This document shows, in pieces, positions 1 to 9,908 of a stretch of 50,267 nucleotides of DNA. The notes beneath the pieces were generated by a model that saw nothing but the letters and a program-made list of their open reading frames with translations, did no database searches and was not told where the DNA came from. Source of the stretch: Abditibacteriaceae bacterium (GTDB lineage Bacteria; Armatimonadota; Abditibacteriia; Abditibacteriales; Abditibacteriaceae); NCBI GenBank assembly GCA_031372065.1, contig JANMKN010000047.1, positions 1 to 50,267 of the forward strand, written 5' to 3'. Each line of letters opens with the position of its first letter. Position 1 is the stretch's first letter. The position numbers and the translations under genes were made by a program.

Positions 1-2
1 CC

Positions 3-890
3 ATCGCAGTTACCGGCGCGTTTGACCCAAGCCGCGGCGCTGCCACCCGCCTCAAGGCGATCGATCCAGCGCTCACTGCCTTCGACAACGCCAGTGCCGT
101 CATTGCCGCGTCCGATGTGTTGCACATCGCCTCGCCGCCGCCGCTCAGCCATCTCGGTTATCTCGATCAATGCGCGCGCGCCGGCAAAGCCGCGCTCTGC
201 GAGAAGCCGCTCGCGACCGATGTCGATGCCGCAACCGCCTTGGTCCGTGCGCTTGAGGCCGGCTCAATGCGCGCCGCCGTCAACTTCCCGTTCGTCTCCT
301 CGCCCGCCGTCGATCATCTTCAACGCTGGATGCAAGACGGCACCGTTGGCACGCCGCAACGTGTCGACATCACCATGGCCTTCGCCGCCTGGCCGCGCCC
401 CTGGCAGATGGACGCGATCGGCTGGCTCGACGGACCGGCCGAAGGCGGTTTCCTGCGCGAGGTCGGATCGCACCTCTTGTTTCTGACGGGGCGCCTGTTG
501 GGACCCATGCTCCTGATCGACGGCAAGGCGACCTACCCGCCCGATGGCCGCAGCGAACGTGCCGTGCGCGCGCGGCTCCGCGCCGGGAACGTTCCCGTGG
601 CCGTCACCGGCAACGCCGGCACCGCGTCGCAAGCCGATCACAACACCTGGACGCTCACCGGCAGTGCCGGCCGCGTCCGCCTGCGCGACTGGTTGATCGC
701 CGAACGCGAGATCGACGGCGCGTGGCGCGCACAGCCCGGCGAGATATCGAACGACGCGGCTCGTCCCGTCTCACTCGCCCGCCAACTCGACAAGATTGCC
801 GCCATGACCCGCGGCCAGCCAACCAACCTCGCCACCCTCGACGAAGCCCTCCGCGTGCAAACCCTCGTCGAGGCAATCCTGCGGGCGTGA
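3..890 (+). CDS. Gfo/Idh/MocA family oxidoreductase, 5' end outside the window
   Basis: Frame is open from nt 3 (IAVTGAFDPS...). Motifs IASPP..H, LCEKPLA and GGFLREVGSH are present. Confidence 0.85.
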   Translation: MAVTGAFDPSRGAATRLKAIDPALTAFDNASAVIAASDVLHIASPPPLSHLGYLDQCARAGKAALCEKPLATDVDAATALVRALEAGSMRAAVNFPFVSSPAVDHLQRWMQDGTVGTPQRVDITMAFAAWPRPWQMDAIGWLDGPAEGGFLREVGSHLLFLTGRLLGPMLLIDGKATYPPDGRSERAVRARLRAGNVPVAVTGNAGTASQADHNTWTLTGSAGRVRLRDWLIAEREIDGAWRAQPGEISNDAARPVSLARQLDKIAAMTRGQPTNLATLDEALRVQTLVEAILRA

Positions 891-1024
891 CGCACCACTT
901 CGCTTCGCGACTGGCTGACCTGCCAGACCGTTTGGGCGGGACACCCGCCCAAACCCACCCGCTTTTTGTTGCAACCCGTGCCTCACTCGCAGCGCGATCA
1001 GTTCATTGCCGCCCAATAAGCTGA

Positions 1025-1074
1025 GGGGTTTTGGGAGCAGCCCTCCCCAAAGGGATGTTGGGCAAGCCCCAAAA
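1025..1074. repeat. Two adjacent REP-like G/C hairpins at a gene-truncating junction
   Basis: ttttgggag-cagcc-ctccccaaa and ttgggc-aa-gccccaa lie immediately left of the truncated czcA. Confidence 0.45.
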
Positions 1075-3746
1075 GCGAAAAGAAATATTCGCTCATGGAG
1101 CGGCGCACCATGATGGACTGGCTGGTCGCGCCGCAGCTTCGCACCGTGCCGGGACTGGCCGAAGTCAACACCTTCGGCGGCGAAGCCAAGCAGTATCAAG
1201 TCTCGGTTGATCCCAACAAATTGGCGGCGCGCAAGTTAGATATGCGCCAGGTGTTCGAGGCTTTGGAGCGCGGCAACCGGAATGCGGGCGGGGCTTACAT
1301 CACGCGCGGCGCGGAGCAGCAACTGATTCGCGGCTCCGGCCTGGTGCGCGGGTTGGACGACATCCGCAACATCGTCATCACTTCGGAAAAGGGCATCCCG
1401 GTCAAGGTCGGGGACGTGGCCGAAATCGGCTACGGCGCGGCGGTGCGCCAGGGCGCCATTACCCGCAACGGCGAGGGCGAGCAGGTCTATGGTATCACCA
1501 TGCTGCTGCTCGGCGAAAATGGCCGCGTCGTCGTGCAGCGCGTCAAGGACAAGATCAAAGCGATTCAGAAGACGCTGCCGCCCGGCACCGAATTGAACGG
1601 CTTTTTAGACCGCTCCTTACTGATTCAGCGCGCTGTCGAGACGGCGGTGCGCAACCTGGTTGAGGGCGCGGTCTTAGTGGTCATTGTCCTGTTCCTGTTC
1701 CTCTTGCAGGCCCGCGCCGGTCTGATCGTGAGCAGCCTGATTCCGCTCTGCCTGCTCTTTGCCATCATCGGCATGAAGTATTTCGATGTCTCGGCCAACC
1801 TGATGAGCTTGGGCGCCATTGACTTCGGCCTTTTGGTGGACGGCACCATCATTATTGTGGAGAACGCGGTGCGGCGTCTGGCCGAGCGGCGCCACCAACT
1901 GGAACGCGATCTTACCCAGAGCGAACACGACGACACGCTGTTTCAAGCGACGGTGGAAGTCATCAAGCCGGTCGTCTTCGGCATGATCATCATCATCAGT
2001 TCCTACCTGCCCATTCTGAGCTTGGTGGGCATCGAGGGCAAGATGTTCCGCCCGATGGGGCAGACCGTGATTTTGGCGTTGGTGGGCGCGCTCATCATGT
2101 CCATCACGCTGATCCCTGCGCTCTGCTCGTTCTTCCTCAAAATCCGCGTCGAGACCGTCAACCCGGTATTGGAGCGCATCGGGCGCTGGTATGAGCCGGC
2201 GCTGCAAAAAGTCATTCGTCGCCGCACGATGACCGTGGGCGCCTCGGTCGTCTTTTTCGTGGCGTGCATGGCGCTCTTTCCTCTCCTCGGATCAGAGTTC
2301 ATTCCCAAGCTGGACGAAGGCTCCATCGCCATCTCCGGGGTTTATCCGCCCAGCATTTCCCTGGAAGAATCGGTGCGCCGTCAGAAAGTCATGGAAGGCG
2401 CGCTCAAGACAAAGTTTCCCAACGAAATAGATACCATCGTCAGCCGCATCGGGCGTCCCGAACTGGCGACGGACCCGATGCTGGTCAGCCAGGCTGATAT
2501 TTTGGTGTCGCTCAAGGCCAAGGAAGGTTGGAAGGAGGCGGAATCGAAAGAGGAACTGGTCGAGAAGATGTCCGAGGTTCTGGGCGAATTGCCCGGCGTC
2601 GGCACCAGCATGTCGCAGCCGATTGAAATGCGCATGAACGAGCTGATCGAAGGCGTGGGCATTCGCGGCGATGTCGGCATCAAGCTGTTTGGCCCCGACC
2701 GCGAAGTTCGTCAGCAATATGCCGACCGCATCGCTGCCGTGGCGCGCAAGATTTCCGGCGCCACCGATGTCTCGGTGGAAACTACGGCGGGTTTGCCCCT
2801 GCTTGATATTCGCATCAACCGCGACGAAGTGGCGCGGCATGGCATCAGCGTGGGCGACGTGCAGGATGTCATCGAAACCGCGCTGGGCGGCAAGGAAGCC
2901 TCCACCATCGTTGAAAGCAACCGGCGCTTTCCGCTCGTGGTGCGACTGGCTAAGAATTTTCGCACCGATCCTGATGCCATTGGGCGCATTTTGGTTCACG
3001 CGCCGGAAGGCCAGGAAGTGCCGCTTTCGCAAATTGCGGACATCGTTTCGACCGAAGGCCCGGTGCAGCTTTCCCGCGAAAACGGCGAGGGCCGCACCGT
3101 GATTCAGGCCAACGTGCGCGGGCGCGATTTGGGCAGCGTCGTCCAGGAGTTGCAGGCGCGGGTCGAGCGCGAGGTCAAATTGCCGCCCGGCTACCGTCTG
3201 GAATATGGCGGCACTTTCGAGAAAATGGAATCGGGCCGTCAGCGATTGATGATCGTGGTGCCGATTACCTTTGCCGTGATTTTTCTGCTGCTCTTCACGA
3301 CCTTCGGCTCGTTCAAGCAGGCGTCCTTAGTCTTCACCGGGATTCCCTTCGCCATCACCGGCGGCATCCTCGCGCTGATGGCGCGCGGGATGCCGTTCAG
3401 CATTTCGGCGGGCATCGGCTTTATCGCTTTGTTCGGCGTGGCCGTGCTCAACGGCGTGGTGCTGGTCGAGTTCATCAACGAATTGCGCCATCACGGCATG
3501 GCGTTGGAAGAGGCCGTCGTCAAGGGCGCGCGGTCGCGGCTGCGTTCCATCCTCATGACCGGCGCGGCGCCCGCCATCGGCTTCATCCCGATGGCACTCG
3601 CACACGGAGCGGGTGCTGAAGTGCAAAAGCCCTTAGCGACCGTCGTCATTGGCGGTTTGATTACGTCCACGCTGTTGACGTTGTTCGTGCTGCCCACCCT
3701 CTACAACTGGTTTGAGAAGGACGAGCCGCGCGAAGTCGAGGTGTAA
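1071..3746 (+). pseudogene. czcA: CzcA-type heavy-metal efflux RND permease lacking the first ~150 residues (TM1 and part of the periplasmic domain)
   Basis: The ORF (ATG 1095) aligns with the full paralog at 13522 from its M152 (KYSLMERR vs KYSLMQRR). An in-frame stop lies at 1017-1019. GAIDFGLLVDG..IIVEN motif present. Confidence 0.8.
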
Positions 3747-3748
3747 CG

Positions 3749-4438
3749 ATGCCCAGCAACTTCCCCGATGACTTGCCCGATAACAATGACGGCCCCGATG
3801 AATTTTCCTTGGGGCGCGTGTTATGGCTGCCGGCGCTCTTCTGCGGCGTGCTGCTGCCGCTGCTGCTCTTCGGGAAGTTGGCTGAACGGGTGTGGCGGCA
3901 TGGGGGATTCAAGCGAGACCTGCCTATTCTCCACTTCATCCACGGTTACGCGGGGTCTTGGCTGGACTTCGTCATGATTTTAATTTCCCTGCTTGCCGCC
4001 CCGCGCCTGCTGCTGCTTTTGGCCGGGATGCTGACTTTGTGGCTGGCGGGGCACAGGCGGCCCCGCAGCGCAGTTTTCCTGCTGCTGTCGGTGGGCGGCG
4101 CCGCGCTACTCAACCTCGCCGCCAAGTCGTGGTTTCGGCGCGACCGGCCCATGCTTTGGCCTTCACCCGCGCCGGAAAGGGATTTTGGTTTCCCCAGCGG
4201 CCATGCCATGTTGTCTTTGGCTTTTGCGACCGCGCTTCTTTTTCTGCTGTGGCCCGCGCCGGGCCGCTGGGCGATCTGTTTGACGGCGGGACTCTTTACA
4301 GTGCTGGTTGGAGTGTCCCGCCTATATTTGGGCGTGCATTTTCCGTCCGACATCGCAGCGGGTTGGACTGCTGCGATGGCTTGGACGGTCGGGTTGTATT
4401 TCGTCTGCGGACGATTGGGAAAGGGAGAAACGAAATGA
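3749..4438 (+). CDS. PAP2 family phosphatase (undecaprenyl-PP phosphatase-like)
   Basis: K...RDRP, FPSGH and SRLYLGVHFPSD motifs; several TM segments. Confidence 0.9.
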   Translation: MPSNFPDDLPDNNDGPDEFSLGRVLWLPALFCGVLLPLLLFGKLAERVWRHGGFKRDLPILHFIHGYAGSWLDFVMILISLLAAPRLLLLLAGMLTLWLAGHRRPRSAVFLLLSVGGAALLNLAAKSWFRRDRPMLWPSPAPERDFGFPSGHAMLSLAFATALLFLLWPAPGRWAICLTAGLFTVLVGVSRLYLGVHFPSDIAAGWTAAMAWTVGLYFVCGRLGKGETK

Positions 4439-4926
4439 AATCGTTGCTGTTGGTGCCGCTGCTGGCGGCTGTGTTGGCCACGGGGAATCCTGCTGTGGCG
4501 CAACCCGCCAAGCGTGCGGGTGACTTTGAAAAGCCGTTTCGGTTGGTGGCGCGCCCTCAAGCGCAGGCGCAAACCGCTCCTGCGTTCGGCGGCGGGGCTG
4601 CCGGCGGCGCTGACGCGGGCGGCGAAGAAAAGACGTTTCGCATCCTAATCGTCAAGCACGTTTATGCCGGGGGCATCGCGGCCTTATTTAAAGAGGCAGG
4701 CGTTATTCCGACCGCACCGTTCGTTTCTCCCGGCTCAAGGAATAGTGGGGGGCAGGGCGGACGCGGTGGACAAGGTGGCGGTTTTGGAGGGCAAGGCGGT
4801 GGTGGATTTGGCGGACAGGGCGGTGGCTTCGGAGGAGGCGGAGGATTTGGCGGTGGTGGCGGTGGGTTTGGTGGAGGAGGCTTCGGCGGCAACCAAGGCG
4901 GTGGTGGATTTGGCTGCCGCTTTTGA
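4435..4926 (+). CDS. Secreted protein with Gly-rich (GGFGG/GGQGG) C-terminal tail
   Basis: ATGA overlap with the PAP2 stop; signal peptide MKSLLLVPLLAAVLA..AVA; low-complexity tail at ~4750-4915. Confidence 0.7.
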   Translation: MKSLLLVPLLAAVLATGNPAVAQPAKRAGDFEKPFRLVARPQAQAQTAPAFGGGAAGGADAGGEEKTFRILIVKHVYAGGIAALFKEAGVIPTAPFVSPGSRNSGGQGGRGGQGGGFGGQGGGGFGGQGGGFGGGGGFGGGGGGFGGGGFGGNQGGGGFGCRF

Positions 4927-4936
4927 AAAGGCTATC

Positions 4937-5341
4937 ATGAAACAAATTTTTCCAGCAATGGCGCTACTCGCTCTGCTTTACGGGCTTGACCCGTCCAGCA
5001 AGCTCTTCTGGCCCAGTGACGTTTATGCCGAATCCATTCTTGTGGCTCAAACGGTCACTGTTGCCGCTCCATTGCCCGGTTCGCCGAAGAAACCGGCGGC
5101 GCCCGGCAAAAAATGGGTGCATCCGTCCTTCAAAGGGGCGCAAGGTGCCGGCTGGATTCAGGTGCCCGATAAGCCTGTCGTCACGACAACCGGGCCGGCG
5201 GCAACCGCGCCGCGAGGCTCGGAAATCGTCGGCGACCACTGGCACTGGCCGGGGGATTACATGACGGTTCTGCACGGCGAACGATGGGGCCGCGCCGGGC
5301 GCCTTGGCACTTGGAAGGTTCCTATTCGCAAAGTGCCGTAA
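4937..5341 (+). CDS. Hypothetical exported Pro/Trp-rich protein
   Basis: Starts MKQIFPAMALLALL 10 nt after the previous stop; fills the operon gap. Confidence 0.6.
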   Translation: MKQIFPAMALLALLYGLDPSSKLFWPSDVYAESILVAQTVTVAAPLPGSPKKPAAPGKKWVHPSFKGAQGAGWIQVPDKPVVTTTGPAATAPRGSEIVGDHWHWPGDYMTVLHGERWGRAGRLGTWKVPIRKVP

Positions 5342-5348
5342 ACGCGCC

Positions 5349-6092
5349 ATGAACCCGCTAACCCAGATAGTCGCGTTCGCACTGCTCCCCGCTGCCGCCA
5401 TGATGACGGGCGGCGGCATCGCACTCTGGCGCCCGCCCAACGCGACGTGGCGCAGCGCGATTCTGCACTTCGCGGCGGGCGTGGTATTTTCGGTTGTCGC
5501 CGTCGAACTGCTGCCGGACATCGTGAAACAGCACGCGCCGCTCGAAGTCACAATCGGCTTTAGCGGAGGCGTGCTGGCGATGCTCGCCGTGCGTTCCCTG
5601 ATGAGCCGCGCCGAGGAAAAAGCGAAAGCAAACGCGGAACCTTCGCCGTCATCCGGTGCGTTGCCGTTGGGACTGCTGCTGGGCATCGCGGTAGATTTGG
5701 TGGTGGACGGCCTCTTGCTCGGCGTCGGCTTTGCGGCGGGACAAAAAGAAGGCGTGCTGCTGGCTTTGGCGCTGACGGTGGAAGTTCTGGCTTTGGGTTT
5801 GGCGACCGGCGCGCAATTAGGGCAAAGCGGGTTCGCGCCGCCCCGCGTTTTGGGCTTCTGCGCGGGGTTGGCGCTTTCTTTTCTCATCGGCGCCGTAGCA
5901 GGCGCGACGCTGCTGCACAACTTGCGCGGAGAGGCGTTGGAACTGGTTTTGTCGTTCGGTTTGGCGGCGCTGCTCTTTCTCGTCACGGAAGAACTGCTTG
6001 TCGAAGCGCACGAAGAAGCCGAGACCCCGCTGCTGACCGCCACCTTTTTCATTGGCTTTCTCTGCTTCCTGATTTTAGGAATGGTTGCATAG
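5349..6092 (+). CDS. ZIP (ZupT/GufA-like) divalent metal transporter
   Basis: LHFAAGVVFSVVAVELLP, DLVVDG, EELLVEAH; about 8 TM segments. Confidence 0.85.
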   Translation: MNPLTQIVAFALLPAAAMMTGGGIALWRPPNATWRSAILHFAAGVVFSVVAVELLPDIVKQHAPLEVTIGFSGGVLAMLAVRSLMSRAEEKAKANAEPSPSSGALPLGLLLGIAVDLVVDGLLLGVGFAAGQKEGVLLALALTVEVLALGLATGAQLGQSGFAPPRVLGFCAGLALSFLIGAVAGATLLHNLRGEALELVLSFGLAALLFLVTEELLVEAHEEAETPLLTATFFIGFLCFLILGMVA

Positions 6093-6120
6093 CGTTCTAA
6101 ACGACAAGGAGGTGATTTGA

Positions 6121-6462
6121 ATGGAACAACATAAAGACTTGCAAAGCTGCATTGAGGCTCTGGAAGAGTGCCTGCACCAATGCCAGCATTGCGCGGGCCA
6201 TGACATCCGTGAGGGCAACATGGCCGACTGTGCGCTGATTTGTCTCGACTGCGCCGATGCTTGCGCTGCCACGCTCAAAGCGATGGCGCGCGGCTCGAAG
6301 CATCACGGCGACTTCGCGGCACTTTGCGCGCACATCTGCCGCGAATGCGCGGCGGAGTGCGCCAAGCACGCCGATCATCACGAGCATTGCCTGACCTGCA
6401 AGCGAGCGTGTGAGGTATGCGCCGCCGAGTGCGAAAAACACGCTGGCGAGACTCACGTTTAA
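6121..6462 (+). CDS. Four-helix-bundle copper-storage protein (Csp3/DUF326-like)
   Basis: 17 Cys in CxxxC/CxxC repeats; His-rich; no signal peptide; strong RBS AAGGAGGT. Confidence 0.9.
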   Translation: MEQHKDLQSCIEALEECLHQCQHCAGHDIREGNMADCALICLDCADACAATLKAMARGSKHHGDFAALCAHICRECAAECAKHADHHEHCLTCKRACEVCAAECEKHAGETHV

Positions 6463-6492
6463 GTCTGCTGCGTGCTTGAAGAGTTTCCATAG

Positions 6493-6534
6493 CGTCAGCG
6501 GCGGGGCAAAAGGTAAGGCAGCCCGCCGCTGACG
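6493..6534 (+). promoter_or_regulatory. Strong intergenic stem-loop without a U-tract
   Basis: Perfect 13-bp arms cgtcagcggcggg / cccgccgctgacg. Confidence 0.6.
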
Positions 6535-6564
6535 ACCTTGGTGTGAGGGAAACGACGAGGAGAA

Positions 6565-7596
6565 ATGTCCAAAGGGATTTTTTACGCTGTGTCTGCCGCC
6601 GTGCTTTTCGGCCTCAGCACGCCCGCCGCGAAGTGGCTGGTCGGTCAGATGCCGCCCGCTTTGCTGGCCGGTTTGCTTTATGCCGGTTCCGGGCTGGGAT
6701 TGGCGGCTCTCTCCCTGTTCCGGCATGGCGGCGAGGCATCGTTGACGCGCCGCGACTGGCCGTGGCTGGGCGGTGCGGTTTTGTTTGGCGGCGTGCTGGC
6801 GCCGCTGGCGCTGATGTTCGGCCTGCAACGCACGCCGGGCGGCGTGGCATCGCTGCTCTTGAACCTCGAAGGCGTGCTTACTGCGCTGCTGGCCTGGTTC
6901 GCTTTTCGGGAGAACTTTGATAAGCGCATCGCGCTCGGCATGGCGCTGATCGTCGGCGGAGGCGCCTTGCTGTCGTGGCAGGGCGGCGGACAACTGACGT
7001 GGGGCGCGGGATTCATCGCCTTGGCGTGCCTTTGTTGGGGGCTGGACAACAACCTGACGCAGAAAGTATCCGCCGCCAACCCGCTGCATATCGCCATGAC
7101 CAAAGGACTGGTTGCCGGCGTGGTGAATACAGCTCTGGCGCTGTCTCTTGGCGCAAAACTGCCAGCGTTGCCGGTGTTGGGAGCTACGCTGGCGGTTGGC
7201 TTCTTGGGCTACGGCCTGAGCCTGCTGCTTTTCGTGCTGGCGCTTCGTCACATCGGCACGGCGCGCACCGGGGCCTATTTTTCCCTCGCGCCTTTTGTCG
7301 GCGCGGTCATCGCCATTCCACTGTTGCACGAGCCGGTCGGAGCGATTTTCTTTGCCGCCGCGCTTCTGATGGGTGCGGGCGTCTGGCTGCATCTGAGCGA
7401 GAACCACGTCCACGAGCATCGCCACGAGCGGCTGGAACACGCGCACCGGCACGTCCACGATAATCATCATCAGCACGAGCATCCGCCGGGCATTGACCCG
7501 CGCGAGCCGCACACGCATCACCACGTTCACGAGCCGATGACGCATTCGCACCCCCATTTTCCCGACATTCATCATCGGCACGGTCACAGCCATTGA
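6565..7596 (+). CDS. EamA/DMT family transporter with His-rich C-terminal tail
   Basis: 10-TM EamA repeat; tail HVHEHRHERLEHAH...HFPDIHHRHGHSH. Confidence 0.9.
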   Translation: MSKGIFYAVSAAVLFGLSTPAAKWLVGQMPPALLAGLLYAGSGLGLAALSLFRHGGEASLTRRDWPWLGGAVLFGGVLAPLALMFGLQRTPGGVASLLLNLEGVLTALLAWFAFRENFDKRIALGMALIVGGGALLSWQGGGQLTWGAGFIALACLCWGLDNNLTQKVSAANPLHIAMTKGLVAGVVNTALALSLGAKLPALPVLGATLAVGFLGYGLSLLLFVLALRHIGTARTGAYFSLAPFVGAVIAIPLLHEPVGAIFFAAALLMGAGVWLHLSENHVHEHRHERLEHAHRHVHDNHHQHEHPPGIDPREPHTHHHVHEPMTHSHPHFPDIHHRHGHSH

Positions 7597-7605
7597 GGAG
7601 AAACC

Positions 7606-7917
7606 ATGAAAGAAGTAAAGGCCATCATTCAGCCGTTCATGCTGAACCACGTATTAAACGCGCTGCACCAGATCGAGGGCTTGCCCGCCGTGACCGTCTC
7701 CGAGGTGCGCGGTATTGACACCGGGCGGGGCCGGTTCGAGCAGGTGGTAAAGAGCAAGCTCGAAATCATGGTGCCGGACGAACTCACCGAAGCCGTGGTG
7801 CGTGCGATCCAAGCCCACGCCCACACCGGCAAGGCGGGCGATGGGCGGGTCTTCATAATTCCCATCGAAAGCAGCGTCAAAATTCGCACTGGGGAAGCCG
7901 ACAATGAAACTGGTTAA
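7606..7917 (+). CDS. PII-family protein with shortened T-loop
   Basis: MKEVKAIIQP..., TGKAGDGRVF, IRTGE motifs; RBS GAGGAG. Confidence 0.9.
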   Translation: MKEVKAIIQPFMLNHVLNALHQIEGLPAVTVSEVRGIDTGRGRFEQVVKSKLEIMVPDELTEAVVRAIQAHAHTGKAGDGRVFIIPIESSVKIRTGEADNETG

Positions 7918-8485
7918 CCCCCTGCGTTTCACGGGCCTGTTCGGGTTACTCCTATTGGTCGCCAACCCAACCTTGAGTGCCAAGCGCCCGCAGTCCTTGT
8001 GGACGCAAGCCATCGTCGTGCCTATCCTCATCGAAGCAGAGCCGATAGAGGGTGCCACTCCACGCGCCGATGTCGAGGCCGTGGCCAAGCGGCTGTCAGA
8101 ATCGGCCACCGGGGAAGCCGGCAGGCGATTGCTCAAGGAGCGAATCGCTGTTACTGTGGAGACAACTCCACCCGCAGCGGTGGTGCTCTCCGGCACGATC
8201 CGCCTGCCGTTATCGCTGCCGCCGCGCGTTATCGGCCTGCGCGCCCATGACCGCCAAGGGGCGTTCGCTACGGCTCATTTCACTCTCCGCGACGCGGGCG
8301 GCAAGGTTATCACCGAGGAGACCGCCATGCTCAAATGGGACGAAGTGCGTTGGCTTCGCGGCGGCGGGCACTACCGACGCAATCGCGCGCTGGATGAGGT
8401 GCTGCAAGACACCGCTCGCTCCGCGACTGCGCGCGCCGTCAAGCGTTTGAGCCAAAAGCTAAACGAAAAGCCATCAACGCCATGA
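7904..8485 (+). CDS. Hypothetical exported protein
   Basis: Signal-peptide-like N-terminus; overlaps both neighbours, suggesting translational coupling. Confidence 0.6.
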   Translation: MKLVNPLRFTGLFGLLLLVANPTLSAKRPQSLWTQAIVVPILIEAEPIEGATPRADVEAVAKRLSESATGEAGRRLLKERIAVTVETTPPAAVVLSGTIRLPLSLPPRVIGLRAHDRQGAFATAHFTLRDAGGKVITEETAMLKWDEVRWLRGGGHYRRNRALDEVLQDTARSATARAVKRLSQKLNEKPSTP

Positions 8486-9444
8486 CACACCAACACGAGG
8501 CGCAAGCCTCACCCGACAATCACGATCACGACGGCCACGGACATGGTCACGGCTCAGGCCACAGCCACGCGCCCGCGAACTTCGGGCGGGCCTTCGCCAT
8601 CGGCGTCGCGTTGAACATGGCCTTCGTTGCCACGGAAGCGACGTTCGGCGTGCTGTCGCATTCATTGGCGCTCGTCGCCGACGCCGGCCATAACCTCAGC
8701 GACGTTTTCGGCTTGCTCTTGGCCTGGGGCGCGAGTGTTCTGGTTAAGCGCGCCCCGACGCTGCACCGCACTTATGGGTTGCGCCGCTCTTCGGTGCTGG
8801 CCGCGTTGTTCAACGCCATCTTCCTGCTCATCGCCATCGGCGCGATAGCGTGGGAGGCGGTTCATCGCTTCGGCAATCCAGCGCCGGTCGGCGGCAATAC
8901 GGTGATGATCGTCGCCGGAATCGGCATCGTCATCAACGCAGCAACAGCGTGGCTCTTCATGTCGGGGCGGGACAGCGACATCAACATTCGCGGGGCTTAT
9001 CTGCACATGGCCGCCGATGCCGGCGTCTCGGTGGGCGTGGTCTTGGCCGGCTTAGCCATTCGCCTGACCGGAGCGTCCTGGATTGATCCGGTTGTGAGTC
9101 TGGTGATCGTAGCGGTGATCGGAGTCGGCACATGGGGCTTGCTCCGTGATTCGGTAAACCTCGCGCTCGATGCGGTGCCCGAAGGCATTGAGGTGGACGA
9201 AGTCAAAGCGTATCTCGCAAGCCTGCCTGACGTGAGCGAAGTCCATGACTTGCATATCTGGGGCATGAGCACGACGGAAACGGCGCTGACGGCGCATCTG
9301 GTCCGTTCAAGCGACCGCGTGGACGACGCCCTGCTTGAACAGGCCGCGCGCGAACTGCACGACCGCTTCAGCATAGAGCACACGACCCTGCAATTTGAGA
9401 ACGCATCCCACGCTTGCGCGCAGGCGCCTGACGAGGTGCTGTGA
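8482..9444 (+). CDS. czcD: Cation diffusion facilitator (CzcD/ZitB-like)
   Basis: His-rich N-terminus, SLALVADAGHNLSD, HMAAD, VHDLHIW. Confidence 0.9.
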   Translation: MTHQHEAQASPDNHDHDGHGHGHGSGHSHAPANFGRAFAIGVALNMAFVATEATFGVLSHSLALVADAGHNLSDVFGLLLAWGASVLVKRAPTLHRTYGLRRSSVLAALFNAIFLLIAIGAIAWEAVHRFGNPAPVGGNTVMIVAGIGIVINAATAWLFMSGRDSDINIRGAYLHMAADAGVSVGVVLAGLAIRLTGASWIDPVVSLVIVAVIGVGTWGLLRDSVNLALDAVPEGIEVDEVKAYLASLPDVSEVHDLHIWGMSTTETALTAHLVRSSDRVDDALLEQAARELHDRFSIEHTTLQFENASHACAQAPDEVL

Positions 9445-9537
9445 AGGCGTAAAGCCGGACCGAGGGACAATCGAGCCTTTGGTATAAAGGATTAACCCCT
9501 TGGCGAACGCGGCGGGTGGATGGTTTTTGGAACGAAT

Positions 9538-9810
9538 ATGAAACACCGCATCACCGGCCAATTGGCCTACGCCGTATTTATGCTCGTCTTCTTCCCGTTC
9601 TGGTTTCTCAGCAGCTTGCTGCATATCCATGAATGGCGGGGCCTGCTGCTGGCGGTCGTTTTGTCGGCGCTCGTGACATGGGGCGGTGCGCCGCTGTGGA
9701 TGAGGATTTACAGCCGTCCAAAACCATCTGCGAAAGACTACCGCAACCCGTCTCTGGGCAGCCGCGCGGAACGGCGCGAACTGGCTAAAAGGCATCGCTC
9801 ACGCGATTGA
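9538..9810 (+). CDS. Small 2-TM membrane protein with basic tail
   Basis: Two hydrophobic segments, then YRNPSLGSRAERRELAKR. An alternative start exists at 9520. Confidence 0.55.
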   Translation: MKHRITGQLAYAVFMLVFFPFWFLSSLLHIHEWRGLLLAVVLSALVTWGGAPLWMRIYSRPKPSAKDYRNPSLGSRAERRELAKRHRSRD

Positions 9811-9908
9811 CTGCACTCCGGGCCGAAAGGTGCTGCTATTCCGCCGATGAAAATGGAGTGCTTGCCCGACTCCCTTTGTGCTATCGAAATCCTGCTCTCG
9901 GCACCTCA

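Noticed and set aside
959..975. gctttttgttgcaa as an IS5 inverted-repeat partner of 50129
   Set aside because: The match is imperfect and in direct rather than inverted orientation, with no adjacent transposase.
3892..4434. Long N-terminal extensions in the ORF track (3892, 4664, 5304, 19953, 30336)
   Set aside because: They overlap real neighbouring genes; later starts give signal peptides, RBS or stop-start coupling.
4750..4915. GGC/GGT-rich repeats as a CRISPR or DNA-level repeat array
   Set aside because: Third positions vary while Gly is kept, so the repeat is at protein level; there is no repeat-spacer pattern and no cas gene.
6463..6564. NiCo (czcD) riboswitch
   Set aside because: I see one long hairpin, not the four-way junction; it cannot be supported without a covariance search.
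6097..7650. 517-aa minus-strand ORF (similarly 13927-15102, 38873-40498, 4964-6052, and plus-strand 33195-34244)
   Set aside because: These are antisense shadows of well-supported genes in GC-rich DNA and carry no recognisable motifs.
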